In this document: in pieces, positions 19,863 to 29,674 of the stretch
Layout: every line of letters starts with the position of its first letter
Position numbering within the stretch: the first letter of the stretch is position 1
From: an uncultured Acidobacteriota bacterium
GTDB taxonomy: Bacteria; Acidobacteriota; UBA6911
Direction: 5' to 3'
Assembly: GCA_963809485.1 (NCBI GenBank)
Contig: CAWEJX010000012.1
Location: 192,001-256,000, forward strand
Length of the DNA: 64,000 nt
Translations under genes and position numbers: made by a program
The notes under the pieces: generated by a model
Seen by the model: only the letters and a program-made list of their open reading frames with translations
Told to the model about the DNA's origin: nothing
Databases searched by the model: none

Positions 19863-21143
19863 CTATATTGATTGCGGACGAGACAGGACCTGAGCTGCCA
19901 GGAATTCAGAAACCTTCCGGCGCATGGCTTCCGGATCCCAACCTCGGGCGTCAACCATGTCGGCAACCACTGGAAACACCGGAATCCCGGCCCCCTCGAG
20001 GGCACGTTCAATAAAACGATTGCCTGTGGCTGCCGGCCTTGTTCCCAGAGGGGTCAGCACAAGAGCAGCATCGATTCTATGTTGCTTCGCCTGATGGATA
20101 ATCCATTCGTTGGCCCATGGCGGATTGTGCAGCTGCTCGTTCATGCTGACGGTGCGGCTGGCGAGCGCCAGCAGGGGGTCGTCGAGGCCATAGCGGATAT
20201 ATCCGTCGGGTCCAAAGGCCAGGTACATGGACCATACAAAGACAGCTCCGAACTCCTCTTCGAAAGCCGTATAAAAATCCGTGTCGTGCCAAAGCCCGGC
20301 GCCTACCCACATCAGGCGCAGGCGTTCGCCGCTGCAGGCCGCTACTCCCTGCCTTACGCGGTCGCGGATCTGGTCGCGGAAGGTACGGGCATGTTCAACC
20401 GCCCAGTCGCTTCCCCGTTCCCATTGTGCCGCCATAACATTGGTCACCTGTTCGTGCATGCGGACCGGCGTTTTGGCTGCGGAGCAAATCATCTGACAGG
20501 CCTCTTCGAAGTACTCTTCCTGGCGGTTGACTCTTTCCATCAGGTCGCGAAGACGATCAAGTTGAAAGGACCTTCCCGTGATTCTTTCCAATGCCTTGAT
20601 AAGGTTTTGAAGCTGTATCACCGTAAGCTTTAGCCGGTGTTCTTCAAAAAGCTCGCGCCAGCGATAACGGCTGAGTTCCCACCAGCGCTGCGGCAACTCG
20701 GTGGCTCCCGGATTATCGAGGAAAAAGCATTCAGAGCCAAACGCATCGGCCCAGATCCCAAAAACCCTCTGCAGGCAGTCGCACGTGAGTCGCGCGCACA
20801 GCAATGCCGGCTTGGGCAGTCCGCCCCACGGAGCACGATCCGGATCATTTGCCAGCGTGGATGCGGCCGCCAGACTGCAGTACCGGCATAGCCCTTCATG
20901 AAATCCCAGAGAATTCAGGATATCGAGGTAATAGGCCGAAAGCCGTTTGGCTGAAATTATTGCGGCCCACCACTGGTTGCTCACAGCCGGCACGTCCATC
21001 ACATGAAACAGTTCAAATGGCATATCCGCCTGGACAATGGCGTAAGGCCGCTGTTTTTCAAATACATCTTTCCGAAGCCGGGCAAACCAGGACTTTTGGT
21101 GTTCGGCGGCTGCAAGGGTGCAATCGAGTTGTTTCTCTGCCAT
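19863..21143 (-). CDS. 2-hydroxyacyl-CoA dehydratase family subunit (HGD-D)
   Basis: CRYCS and TCDC Cys, LERITGR, RLRLMWVG, ALEGAGIPV..ADMVDAR. Confidence 0.85.
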   Translation of the reverse strand: MAEKQLDCTLAAAEHQKSWFARLRKDVFEKQRPYAIVQADMPFELFHVMDVPAVSNQWWAAIISAKRLSAYYLDILNSLGFHEGLCRYCSLAAASTLANDPDRAPWGGLPKPALLCARLTCDCLQRVFGIWADAFGSECFFLDNPGATELPQRWWELSRYRWRELFEEHRLKLTVIQLQNLIKALERITGRSFQLDRLRDLMERVNRQEEYFEEACQMICSAAKTPVRMHEQVTNVMAAQWERGSDWAVEHARTFRDQIRDRVRQGVAACSGERLRLMWVGAGLWHDTDFYTAFEEEFGAVFVWSMYLAFGPDGYIRYGLDDPLLALASRTVSMNEQLHNPPWANEWIIHQAKQHRIDAALVLTPLGTRPAATGNRFIERALEGAGIPVFPVVADMVDARGWDPEAMRRKVSEFLAAQVLSRPQSI

Positions 21144-21149
21144 AGTTAC

Positions 21150-22331
21150 CTATTGTCCGACACCGAGGCTGCGAACAAACCGCTCGATCCGGTCGTGGCA
21201 TTCCTCCGAGATCGACATCGCGTCTTCGCGGACGAGGAGATGAGGAATTCTCCGGTCATCCAGGTAGCGCCGGCGTCTGGGGTAATCCCATCCGGCCACG
21301 CAATCTTCCGGCGGCAAATAGAAAATGACGCCATCGACTCCATCGGCGGATGCCTGTTGAAACCATGCGTCCGCGAACTTGAAAGGAAACAGGCGCGGGC
21401 TCGGCGTATCGAGATAATACTTCTCGAAGATGGCCTTCAATAGGTCCTCCGATTCGCTGTCGGTATCTCCGCCCGCACATTGTGAACCCCACCAGTTCTC
21501 CTCTGCGACCACAACAGCGCCGTGCATTTCCACCGCCTGGTGAAGGCCTCGATGGCTTATCGATGCGCCCGTGATCAGCACTCTCTTGCCGGAAAGCCTA
21601 TTTCGTTGCGCAATCCGGTTCACGGCCTGTTCCGCCAGTCGTGCGTATTTAGCCCTATCTATAAAAAAGAAAGATCCTGTCACCGACAACGCCTCTGCTC
21701 CGGAAACCTTTGGCTCCGGCTGCCGCAGGCGCAGCAGCCTGCGGATTGCCCCGCGCGCTGCGTTGGATTCCTCGATCGCCTGCTCAAGCGCATCGTTGTT
21801 TATCGATTTGCCCGTCACGTCTTCGAGCCGTTGCTTCAGACGCAGCGTGCGTTCCAGTCCATAGGAGTAGGATTCCGCAGAGCGCGTGTGAAGCAAATCG
21901 TACAGGTAAACGGGCGGAATGCGTCTCTCGGGCTCCTGGCGTGCAACTTCCCGGAGATAGAGGTACAGTTTGTATTCCTGTTCCGATGTCCGGGGTATCA
22001 GAAGAAGGCGGAGGTGCTGCAGGTTGCCGGAGATTGCGGCGCCAAATATGGCCCGGATGCGCTTCTCGAAAACATCCTCTTCCATGAAATTGCCGACGTC
22101 CGGGTGATCCGCATTTCCGCAGTGGATCACGACGGGGAATGCTCCGGCGGCCCGGACCAGTTCCCAAGGCACGGTATTTGACGTGATCCCGACGACCGGG
22201 ATGCCGTTTGCAGCGGATACCACGGCCTCTGCTGCCGGATTTTCGTAATGCCACGTCAGCCGCTCGATCGGATCTGCCCCATCCGGGAGCTTTGCCGTAA
22301 AATCAGCATTCGTCATATACAGCGTCCGCAT
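21150..22331 (-). CDS. 2-hydroxyacyl-CoA dehydratase family subunit (HGD-D)
   Basis: VVG..VPWELVRAAG, LEDVTGKSI..L..AI..SN..R, RVLITG, GAVVVAEE, VDGVIF motifs. Confidence 0.85.
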   Translation of the reverse strand: MRTLYMTNADFTAKLPDGADPIERLTWHYENPAAEAVVSAANGIPVVGITSNTVPWELVRAAGAFPVVIHCGNADHPDVGNFMEEDVFEKRIRAIFGAAISGNLQHLRLLLIPRTSEQEYKLYLYLREVARQEPERRIPPVYLYDLLHTRSAESYSYGLERTLRLKQRLEDVTGKSINNDALEQAIEESNAARGAIRRLLRLRQPEPKVSGAEALSVTGSFFFIDRAKYARLAEQAVNRIAQRNRLSGKRVLITGASISHRGLHQAVEMHGAVVVAEENWWGSQCAGGDTDSESEDLLKAIFEKYYLDTPSPRLFPFKFADAWFQQASADGVDGVIFYLPPEDCVAGWDYPRRRRYLDDRRIPHLLVREDAMSISEECHDRIERFVRSLGVGQ

Positions 22332-22390
22332 CTGAAAACACTATTCCGCGATCAGGCATCCCCTCCAGCACTCCCATCGGCGCCCAAAGA

Positions 22391-22432
22391 ATAACGCATA
22401 TAATATTCGATATGCATGCACAATGCATTTAT
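22391..22432. promoter_or_regulatory. Conserved operator/promoter motif TGCATGCA(C/T)(A/T)ATGCATT, copy 1
   Basis: ataacgcatataatattcgatatgcatgcacaatgcattta lies between divergent genes and recurs at ~29457 and ~47423. Confidence 0.65.
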
Positions 22433-22599
22433 ATTTTTGTTTTATCCGGGGATCCGATGCGATAAAGTAAATTCCGGCGGTAGAGTTACGGCAATAATTG
22501 CCAACCGCGGAATATCGTATGTCCAAGTGCTGAGTGTGCTTCTGCGGTTCAGCCTTCGTTATTCGTTATTCGATATTTAGGTAGTTAAGAGGCAGGCTT

Positions 22600-23856
22600 A
22601 TGGCTACAAAAGCAGTAACTCCACTCCCAAAACCCCTGGATGACATCACCGTCCTTGATATGACCGTTGCATTGGCCGGACCCTTCGCAACATTCCTGCT
22701 CGCCGGGCTCGGCGCCCGCGTGATCAAGGTGGAGAATCCGGCCAGCGGAGATCAATGCCGCGAGAATGCTCCCTACCTGGGAGCGGATGGCGCAAGCCTG
22801 GTCCGCAGAACCGCTGACGACGTATCCGTCTCCGCGATCAACCGCCTGCGCAACAAGCTCGCCATTACCCTCAACCTCAAGCATCCGGAAGCGCGCGCGG
22901 TCTTTGCAGACCTGGTGAAAAAAAGCGATGTATTGGTGGAGAATTACAGCCGCGGGACGCTTGATCGCCTTGGAGTAGGCTACAGCTGGCTGCAGGAAGT
23001 GAACCCGAGGCTTGTTTATTGCTCCATTACCGGCTTCGGAAGTGACGATGATTCGAGCCCCGCCAAAGCCATGGATACGATCATCCAGGCCCAAAGCGGA
23101 ATGATGTACACATCCGGCGAAGCCCAGGACCCGCCCGTTCGGGTTGGCATTCCCATGGCGGACCTTTGCGCCCCCATGTTCGGGGTTATCGGTGTCATGG
23201 CGGCCATACACCAGGCCCGGCGCACCGGCGTTGGCCAGCACATTGACGTTTCCATGCTCGGCGTATTGACAATGATGGTGTCGGTGGAACCTTTCGATCT
23301 TCTGGAGCGATGCGGCATACCGCAGCGGACCGGTCAGACGCTTCCGCGCCTGGCCCCATTCGGCGTTTATCCAACCCAGGACGGCTACATTGCCATCTGC
23401 GCGCCGACCGAGGCGATGGCGCGCGGTTTCTTTGAAGCGACAGGCCATCCGGAACTGGCGGATGATGAGAAGTTTGCCACGCGCAACGCCCGGGTTAAGA
23501 ATTTTAAGGAGCTCGACACCTTCATTGAGCAGTTTACCCGGTCGCTGACTTCATCGGAGGCGGTTGCCCGGCTGGAGCGCGCCGGGACGCCGGCGGCGGA
23601 GGTGCGTGCCCCCTATGCGGCAACGCGCGATCCCAGAGTCATACAACGCGGCGAAACGGTGCCTCTTCAGCATCCAAGACATGGCGCTGTGGAGGATGTT
23701 TACGGCATGGGTATGCCCATGAAATTCTCAGGCTCCAATGTCGGCTTTGACCAGCCGCCTCCGGAGTTGGGCGAGCACAATGATATGGTCTACGGCCAGG
23801 TTTTGGGCTACTCGTCGGAGAGAATCGCGGGACTGAAAGCTCACAAGGTGATCTGA
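22600..23856 (+). CDS. Family III CoA-transferase (CaiB/BaiF)
   Basis: PLDDITVLD..ALAGP..LGARVIKVE, NRLRNK..TLNLK, DVLVENY, GQHIDVSM, PPELGEHN. Confidence 0.93.
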   Translation: MATKAVTPLPKPLDDITVLDMTVALAGPFATFLLAGLGARVIKVENPASGDQCRENAPYLGADGASLVRRTADDVSVSAINRLRNKLAITLNLKHPEARAVFADLVKKSDVLVENYSRGTLDRLGVGYSWLQEVNPRLVYCSITGFGSDDDSSPAKAMDTIIQAQSGMMYTSGEAQDPPVRVGIPMADLCAPMFGVIGVMAAIHQARRTGVGQHIDVSMLGVLTMMVSVEPFDLLERCGIPQRTGQTLPRLAPFGVYPTQDGYIAICAPTEAMARGFFEATGHPELADDEKFATRNARVKNFKELDTFIEQFTRSLTSSEAVARLERAGTPAAEVRAPYAATRDPRVIQRGETVPLQHPRHGAVEDVYGMGMPMKFSGSNVGFDQPPPELGEHNDMVYGQVLGYSSERIAGLKAHKVI

Positions 23857-23860
23857 TACC

Positions 23861-24991
23861 ATGGCCAACGCCGCCTCTCTGAAACTGATGATGGTCGGGG
23901 ATCTGATTCTTGACGAGCCTGATCCCGACTCATTTTTCGAACCTGCGCGCACCATCCTGCAGCAGGCGGATTTACTCATTGGGCACGTGGAAGTCCCGCA
24001 CACACGGCGTGGACGCGAAAACACCTCCGACGTCCCGGCTCCGCCCAGCGACCCGGACAACCTGGCGGCTTTGAAGCGCGCCGGGTTTCAGGTAGCCACG
24101 TTGGCCGGCAATCACATCTCCGATGCGGGCCCCGATGGAATCGAGGATACCATCTCCGCGCTTCGAAAATTGGGCATTGCGGCAACAGGCGCGGGAATGA
24201 ATCTGGCGGAAGCGCGCCAACCGGCGATCGTGGCGCGTCAGGGATTGAGAGTGGGAACACTCAGCTACAACTGTGTCGGCCCCAAGGATTCGTGGGCGGG
24301 AGAGAAAAAGCCGGGTTGCGCCTACGTTCAGGTGATCACCCATTACGAACTGGACCACGCTTCCCCGGGAGGACCCCCACGGATATATACATTCGCCGAG
24401 CCGGAGAGCACCGATGCCATGTTGGCGGACGTGGTGAAGCTGCGCCCCGAGGTCGAGGTGCTCATCGTGGCGCTGCACAAAGGAATCGGGCATACGCCGG
24501 CTGCCCTGGCCATGTACGAACGTCCTTTGGCAAAAGCCGCAATCGATGCGGGCGCGGACGTTGTGCTGGGGCATCATGCCCACATTTTACGCGGCATTGA
24601 AATGTATAAGGGCCGGCCGATCTATCACGGCCTGGGCAACTTCGTCACCGTGACCCGGGCGCTGAATGTCGAGGAAAACCCAAGTCCCAAGCGCCTCGAA
24701 TGGGCGCGGCGTCGAAAAGAACTGTTCGGCTTCGAACCCGATCCGGCATACCCGACATACCCCTTTCATCCGGAAGCACGAAATGCAATGATCGCAGTCT
24801 GCGAGGTTGGCGCTGAGGGTGTGCGCAAAACGGGATTTATCCCCTGCTGGGTGAATCCAAAAGGGCAGCCCGAAATGTGCAGTCATGATGAACGGGGCCG
24901 GGCGGTTGCCTCCTATGTTGAGCACATCACCAGGAAAGCAGGGCTCAGCCCCAATTTCGAGTGGGATGGAGATTGGGTCCGCTGCAGCTGA
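23861..24991 (+). CDS. CapA-family (PGA_cap) metallophosphoesterase-fold protein
   Basis: VGDL, LAGNHISDAG, ALHKG, GADVVLGHHAH and YHGLGNF motifs. Confidence 0.9.
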   Translation: MANAASLKLMMVGDLILDEPDPDSFFEPARTILQQADLLIGHVEVPHTRRGRENTSDVPAPPSDPDNLAALKRAGFQVATLAGNHISDAGPDGIEDTISALRKLGIAATGAGMNLAEARQPAIVARQGLRVGTLSYNCVGPKDSWAGEKKPGCAYVQVITHYELDHASPGGPPRIYTFAEPESTDAMLADVVKLRPEVEVLIVALHKGIGHTPAALAMYERPLAKAAIDAGADVVLGHHAHILRGIEMYKGRPIYHGLGNFVTVTRALNVEENPSPKRLEWARRRKELFGFEPDPAYPTYPFHPEARNAMIAVCEVGAEGVRKTGFIPCWVNPKGQPEMCSHDERGRAVASYVEHITRKAGLSPNFEWDGDWVRCS

Positions 24992-25008
24992 CTGATTCGG
25001 GGCGTGAT

Positions 25009-25800
25009 ATGCCAGGACTGCTGAAAACAAAGTCTCGAAAGGGTAACTCCAGATCAGCCCGCGAAAGAGCCTATCTTTGCATTCAGCAAAAAATAGCGGA
25101 CCGCGAGATTTCGGCCGGAAATGCAATCTCCGAAGTTGCCCTGGCAGCCGAGCTCGGTCTCAGCCGCACTCCGGTGCACGAAGCCATCCGACAGTTGTTT
25201 GGCGAGGGCCTGTTGGAAGAGGACTCCAACGGAAGTATTGTCGTGGTCCGGCTATCACGGCAGGACTTCGTGGAACTATACGAATTGCGCGAGATGCTTG
25301 AATCCCATGCCGTTTCAAAAATAGCCAGACGCCGATTGGAGGGAAAAGACCTCGAGAGGCTTCAGGCGCTTGCGGGAGAAATAAAGGTTTTACGGAATCA
25401 GCTTGTCAAATCCGGGAAAAAGACGCTGGAGGACGCGCAGATGCGGCAATTCGAGATGGCCGACATCAGCTTCCATACTTTCCTGATGAGCATTGCTGAG
25501 AATGCAGTCGCACTGAAATTTTTCGGCAAAGTAAGATATTTGATCCGTGTCTTTGCCGCGCGACATGCCGGCCATGATGCCGAAGCCCTGGCTAGAATCC
25601 ATAAAGAGCATTTGGATATGATTCATGCCCTGGTTGAAGGGGATGTCGACAAATCCGTACAGGCCGTCTCTCAACACGTCCAGGCAAGCCAACAAGAACG
25701 TCTGAAGGAGTACTTTTACTGGGAGCGCGAGGCTCTCCTCAGAAATCAAATCCAGGACTTCTTCCGTGATACGCATGGTGAAGAGGTCATCGGCGATTGA
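25009..25800 (+). CDS. GntR-family (FCD) transcriptional regulator
   Basis: SEVALAAELGLSRTPVHEAIRQL wHTH; ELYELREMLE, D..FH and EH..M..AL..GD FCD motifs. Confidence 0.92.
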   Translation: MPGLLKTKSRKGNSRSARERAYLCIQQKIADREISAGNAISEVALAAELGLSRTPVHEAIRQLFGEGLLEEDSNGSIVVVRLSRQDFVELYELREMLESHAVSKIARRRLEGKDLERLQALAGEIKVLRNQLVKSGKKTLEDAQMRQFEMADISFHTFLMSIAENAVALKFFGKVRYLIRVFAARHAGHDAEALARIHKEHLDMIHALVEGDVDKSVQAVSQHVQASQQERLKEYFYWEREALLRNQIQDFFRDTHGEEVIGD

Positions 25801-25839
25801 CTAATGACGAAGGGGGCGCCTCTCCATCGTCATTCGCAA

Positions 25840-26060
25840 GTCAGGTACCTCCGGCAAAGCCGGAGGCTTGATAGATTTGAACCGCTCAAAGCGGTTGGAG
25901 GAGTTACGCCGGTCTTGAACGCTGACTTACGCGGGCAAGAGCCGACCCTCGCCGAACAAATCGGCGTTTGTCAGCGCTTTTATCAGCGTTTCTCAGCGTT
26001 TCAAAATACGGAGCTGTCAAACTCTTTGAGTCCCCCGGCAGAGCCGGGGGTTTACCAATG
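25840..26060. mobile_element. Non-autonomous IS200/IS605-like element, copy C (shortest)
   Basis: gtcaggtacctccggcaaagccggaggc ... gagtcccccggcagagccgggggtttaccaatg. Confidence 0.75.
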
Positions 26061-26353
26061 GTATCATCCATGCCGCAGGTCGGGGGGGAGGGATCGACGG
26101 CACTGCGTATCAAGACTATGCCGTCGGCGGAAGAAGTGCGGACTTCCTGATGGGTTCAATTCCCCGATCCAGGGGCCTTCCCTTCCCACAGGCGGATTTC
26201 TTCCTGTCTCTATCCAGGCCAACAAGTCCAAATGAATAAAGCCCCGGCAACGATGTATCTTGAAAGCCTATTTGTCCTCATGCAGTAAGGACGCGGAGCA
26301 CACGGACACGATCGATGCAGTCCGCGTGCCCCGGCCTTTCTCAGATCCGATAT

Positions 26354-27385
26354 TTAGTCCATCTTCTTCTTTTCAAATTTCCAGTTAGTGTCATTGCAAA
26401 GTCCGCAAGATGGACCCCTGAACATCTTTCCTGCAGTTTCATCCTTTTTTAAGTTCCATTGCAGCCATGCTACAGCGATTCTACCGAATTCGCCTCCATT
26501 CGGCTGGCTATAGGTCCCTCCGTGACCGACATCGAGGTTGGCCATAGCAACAGGAACTTTCTCAATCTTCGCGAAGTCGTCCATACCGTTCGCGTATGCA
26601 ATATCCTTCTCTCCGCCATTGATATAGATAACAGGCGAGTGCAATTTATTAAGGATATCTTTCCCGACTGTCATCGCTCCTCCCATTGCTCCCGGTTTGG
26701 GTGCTGCTCCCGGCGGCATTCCTTCTCGAGGGGCTTTCCCTTCAGGAACTCCAGCTTTCGCCGCCGCTTCCGGCGGCATTCCTGCCTTCGGCATGGCTCC
26801 TGGCGTCACAACCCCGCTGTCCATGACAAGGGTCGTCGTTACGCGCGGATCGGTAGATACTTCCAATGCCTGCAATCCGCCGCAGCTATGGCCGAACACG
26901 GCAAACTTTGACGGATTCAGTTTCTGGTAATACTTGCTGCCGGGGCGCTTATTCTCGGCTGTCGCCCAATCTAGGGCTTCCAGCAATTGAGCCGATTTCG
27001 TGCCCATCCCCATGCCGCCGCCCGTACCGGCAGGTTTGGGCGTGCCTCCCGGCGTGAACGGGCCGATGGCCACAACCAGGAAGCCGCGGGATGCGATTTC
27101 GGCTAAGAATGGGGCATAAAACTGATTGGAGTTGGAACAACCCCCGTTGCCCCAGGCCACAATCGGCAGGGCATTCTTTTGACTGAAAGCGCTCAAGTTT
27201 TCGGGACGATAGATTGTATGACCCGGCACTCCGGGATCTCCTTCAATGACCGCCGCGTAAGGGCCGGAACCAGTGGGCGGCGGGCCCTGGGCCGGCGGCG
27301 GACCCTGAGCGGGCGCCGGTTGGGCGATCGCAATTGCCGCGATTAAACTAAATGCACCTATCAGCATGCAAATCCGTTGAAGCAT
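26354..27385 (-). CDS. Secreted alpha/beta hydrolase (cutinase/chlorophyllase-like)
   Basis: Signal peptide; HTIYRP, PIVAWGNGGC, GHSCGG, D(IA) and GHGGT triad; paralog of 46213. Confidence 0.85.
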   Translation of the reverse strand: MLQRICMLIGAFSLIAAIAIAQPAPAQGPPPAQGPPPTGSGPYAAVIEGDPGVPGHTIYRPENLSAFSQKNALPIVAWGNGGCSNSNQFYAPFLAEIASRGFLVVAIGPFTPGGTPKPAGTGGGMGMGTKSAQLLEALDWATAENKRPGSKYYQKLNPSKFAVFGHSCGGLQALEVSTDPRVTTTLVMDSGVVTPGAMPKAGMPPEAAAKAGVPEGKAPREGMPPGAAPKPGAMGGAMTVGKDILNKLHSPVIYINGGEKDIAYANGMDDFAKIEKVPVAMANLDVGHGGTYSQPNGGEFGRIAVAWLQWNLKKDETAGKMFRGPSCGLCNDTNWKFEKKKMD

Positions 27386-27536
27386 TTTAATACCCTCCTA
27401 TCGGAACTATTATGTAACCCATTATTGCCATCGTGATATCGCGAAGCTGTTACCGCATAAACGCCTTCCTATCCGCTTAATACGGGCCTCCAGTGTTTCA
27501 GAAAAGCAACATTGCAGTATTCCGGATTATGCTAAT

Positions 27537-29360
27537 TCACTTCGTTCTCTCCTTCTTTTTGCGATCATACGCGTCCTCAGGATGGATCATGGGCAAACTG
27601 ATGTAAGAGGGGTTGGACGGCGTAGTGTAGATGGTCACAACCGGAGCGGGGGACACTGGCGCGCGATCGCGTTCGCGGTAGTCCGATCCCGCCACCGAAA
27701 TCCGGATTCGGTGGCCAGCTTTGAAGATGTACGACTGCGGCAAAAATGCGAAAACGATCTGTACCGGTTCCCCGGGTTTCAATGGTTGAGCGTCTTCCCT
27801 ATGGCTGCGGTGATAAGGCAGTCCATTGTTCTCATATTTGGGCTTGCTCATCCTGCGGAGCGAAGCTTTCAGCCGTGCGTCGGTGACTTGAATTACATTG
27901 CCATCCGGCGCCACGTCTTCCAGGTAGACGAAAATATTTCCGTCATTGGCGCTTGAAGACATCCAGAGATTGACGATAGCGTCGCCGGTGACCTCTGTGT
28001 CCGATTCGAGCGGAGCCGTCACGAACCGCGGACCGCCGTGCTCCACGGGACATGGGGGCGCTCCGGTGAGCAAACCGCCGGGCTGTCTGGCCAAGGCAGG
28101 ACAATCGAGGTCATACCGAACCGTGAACGTTGTTTGCAAGCCGGCTCCTGTCGGTGCCTGGGACTGGAGTTCGCCTCCCGAAGACGAGCTGCCGGCCAGA
28201 AAAAATTTCATCGGCTGCGTTCCGGCGACCGGCCAGGTTTTCGATGAACGCCACTCAGTTCCGGCCGGCGCATGGACGGTAAAGTAGTGGATCGGGTCCT
28301 GCGCAGCTATGCCGGTATGGATCCCCTTCAGGTGCTGATCAAAGAACCGTTGCATCTCGGCCAGCATATTGAAGTCGCCATTCTGGCAGTGGCCCCAGGG
28401 GCCAATAATCACATATCTGTCATTCTTCAAGTTGGCGTAAGCCAGCAATCCCTGGCCTCGAAGATCGTCGCGCCAGCCTCCCTGGATATAAATGGCCGTG
28501 CCGGATGCATGGATCTGCGGCAGGTAGCTGGCGACGCTCCCTTCGTACCAGAACCGGCTGCCAACGCCCGGCGCATAATCATCGCGGAACGGCATTGCAG
28601 CCCACATCTGAGTGAGCACGGTTCCGCCTTGATGCTCTTCTGCCGCCTGGCGCAGCAACACCTTTGCCTCATCACCCTGGACCGGTGTATTCGCCATGTC
28701 CTGTTCAACTGTGCGCTCGGGCCCGGTCCCCCAATTGGCGTAGATGCCGCCGCGCCAGAAACCATCGTATTTTTCCCAAGAGAAGCATCCCGCCCAGGCG
28801 GCTTTCAGGTGCGTATTCGCTGCGGTGACCGCATGCATGGCCGCATCGCCGGTATTGGAACAACCGTAGATGCCTACCGCACCTGTGGACCAGGGTTGCG
28901 CGGCCAGCCAGTCAATCAACTCATACGCATCATAGGCTTCAGACCGGTCGTTATATCCGCGACGTTTCCCGAACGAGGGGCCCTGACCGCGTCTCGCCAC
29001 CTGGACGACAACATAGCCGTAGTAGGCCAAACCCGGCACACCATTGTAACCGCCCGGTATCGCGCCCGACGAATTGGGTGCCAGAACACCAGGCGGCATA
29101 ATTGCCAGCGTATGCTGCCAGAGAACAGGGAAGCGCCCTTCAACGGCATTGCCATTTTGAGAAGGACGCGTAATGCTGATTGCCAGGCGCACGCCATCGC
29201 GCATGGTCAGGTACTGCGACGTCGTTACAGCTTCGGAGTAAAGCGGGGTTGGCTGATATCGCCCGAATGACGGCACCTGAGGCTCCGGCGGCGCCGTTTC
29301 AGCAAAGCCCGCGCAATACAAGAGCACGAATACGGCAATCCCGCAGACGAATTTCTTCAT
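27537..29360 (-). CDS. Secreted CocE/NonD-family (S15) hydrolase
   Basis: MRDGVRLA, RRGQGPSFG, IDWLAAQPWSTGAVG, GCSNTG, GPWGH; PepX_C-like C-terminus FKAGHRIR. Confidence 0.9.
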   Translation of the reverse strand: MKKFVCGIAVFVLLYCAGFAETAPPEPQVPSFGRYQPTPLYSEAVTTSQYLTMRDGVRLAISITRPSQNGNAVEGRFPVLWQHTLAIMPPGVLAPNSSGAIPGGYNGVPGLAYYGYVVVQVARRGQGPSFGKRRGYNDRSEAYDAYELIDWLAAQPWSTGAVGIYGCSNTGDAAMHAVTAANTHLKAAWAGCFSWEKYDGFWRGGIYANWGTGPERTVEQDMANTPVQGDEAKVLLRQAAEEHQGGTVLTQMWAAMPFRDDYAPGVGSRFWYEGSVASYLPQIHASGTAIYIQGGWRDDLRGQGLLAYANLKNDRYVIIGPWGHCQNGDFNMLAEMQRFFDQHLKGIHTGIAAQDPIHYFTVHAPAGTEWRSSKTWPVAGTQPMKFFLAGSSSSGGELQSQAPTGAGLQTTFTVRYDLDCPALARQPGGLLTGAPPCPVEHGGPRFVTAPLESDTEVTGDAIVNLWMSSSANDGNIFVYLEDVAPDGNVIQVTDARLKASLRRMSKPKYENNGLPYHRSHREDAQPLKPGEPVQIVFAFLPQSYIFKAGHRIRISVAGSDYRERDRAPVSPAPVVTIYTTPSNPSYISLPMIHPEDAYDRKKKERTK

Positions 29361-29456
29361 AGGGATCTCTTCGTTGGACGATGAGGCATGTTCCACAGAT
29401 ATGCACCGGTCCGTCCCACTCCAGCTGACGCCCTTCCGATAAATTAGGAATATGGC

Positions 29457-29492
29457 GCATATAATATGCTTTCTGCATGCATTATGCATTTT
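29457..29492. promoter_or_regulatory. Conserved operator/promoter motif, copy 2
   Basis: gcatataatatgctttctgcatgcattatgcattttt between divergent genes. Confidence 0.6.
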
Positions 29493-29541
29493 TATTTATC
29501 AGAAATCCGGTTCCAGGGAATACAATCATGGCGAGGCTCGT

Positions 29542-29559
29542 TGTCACAAATTTGTGATA
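29542..29559. promoter_or_regulatory. Palindrome TGTCACA-N4-TGTGA(C/T)A, copy 1
   Basis: tgtcacaaatttgtgata; recurs at 38045 and 55862. Confidence 0.55.
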
Positions 29560-29674
29560 AGTTTTGATGGATGCGGATTCAAAGCTCATATTATTTTAAA
29601 GCGTAACCGATAGCTCAGGCGCGGCAAGCCTGAGCCAATCCTTCAATATCGGTATCGCGCAAAGGAGATTTTCC

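Noticed and set aside
23861-24991. Poly-gamma-glutamate capsule locus
   Set aside because: capB/capC are absent, there is no membrane anchor, and the context is catabolic.
25804-26235. Recurrent small ORFs (…EPLKAVGG…, MSALLSAFLSVSKY…) as a protein family
   Set aside because: They are translations of the repeated non-coding IS200/IS605-like element.
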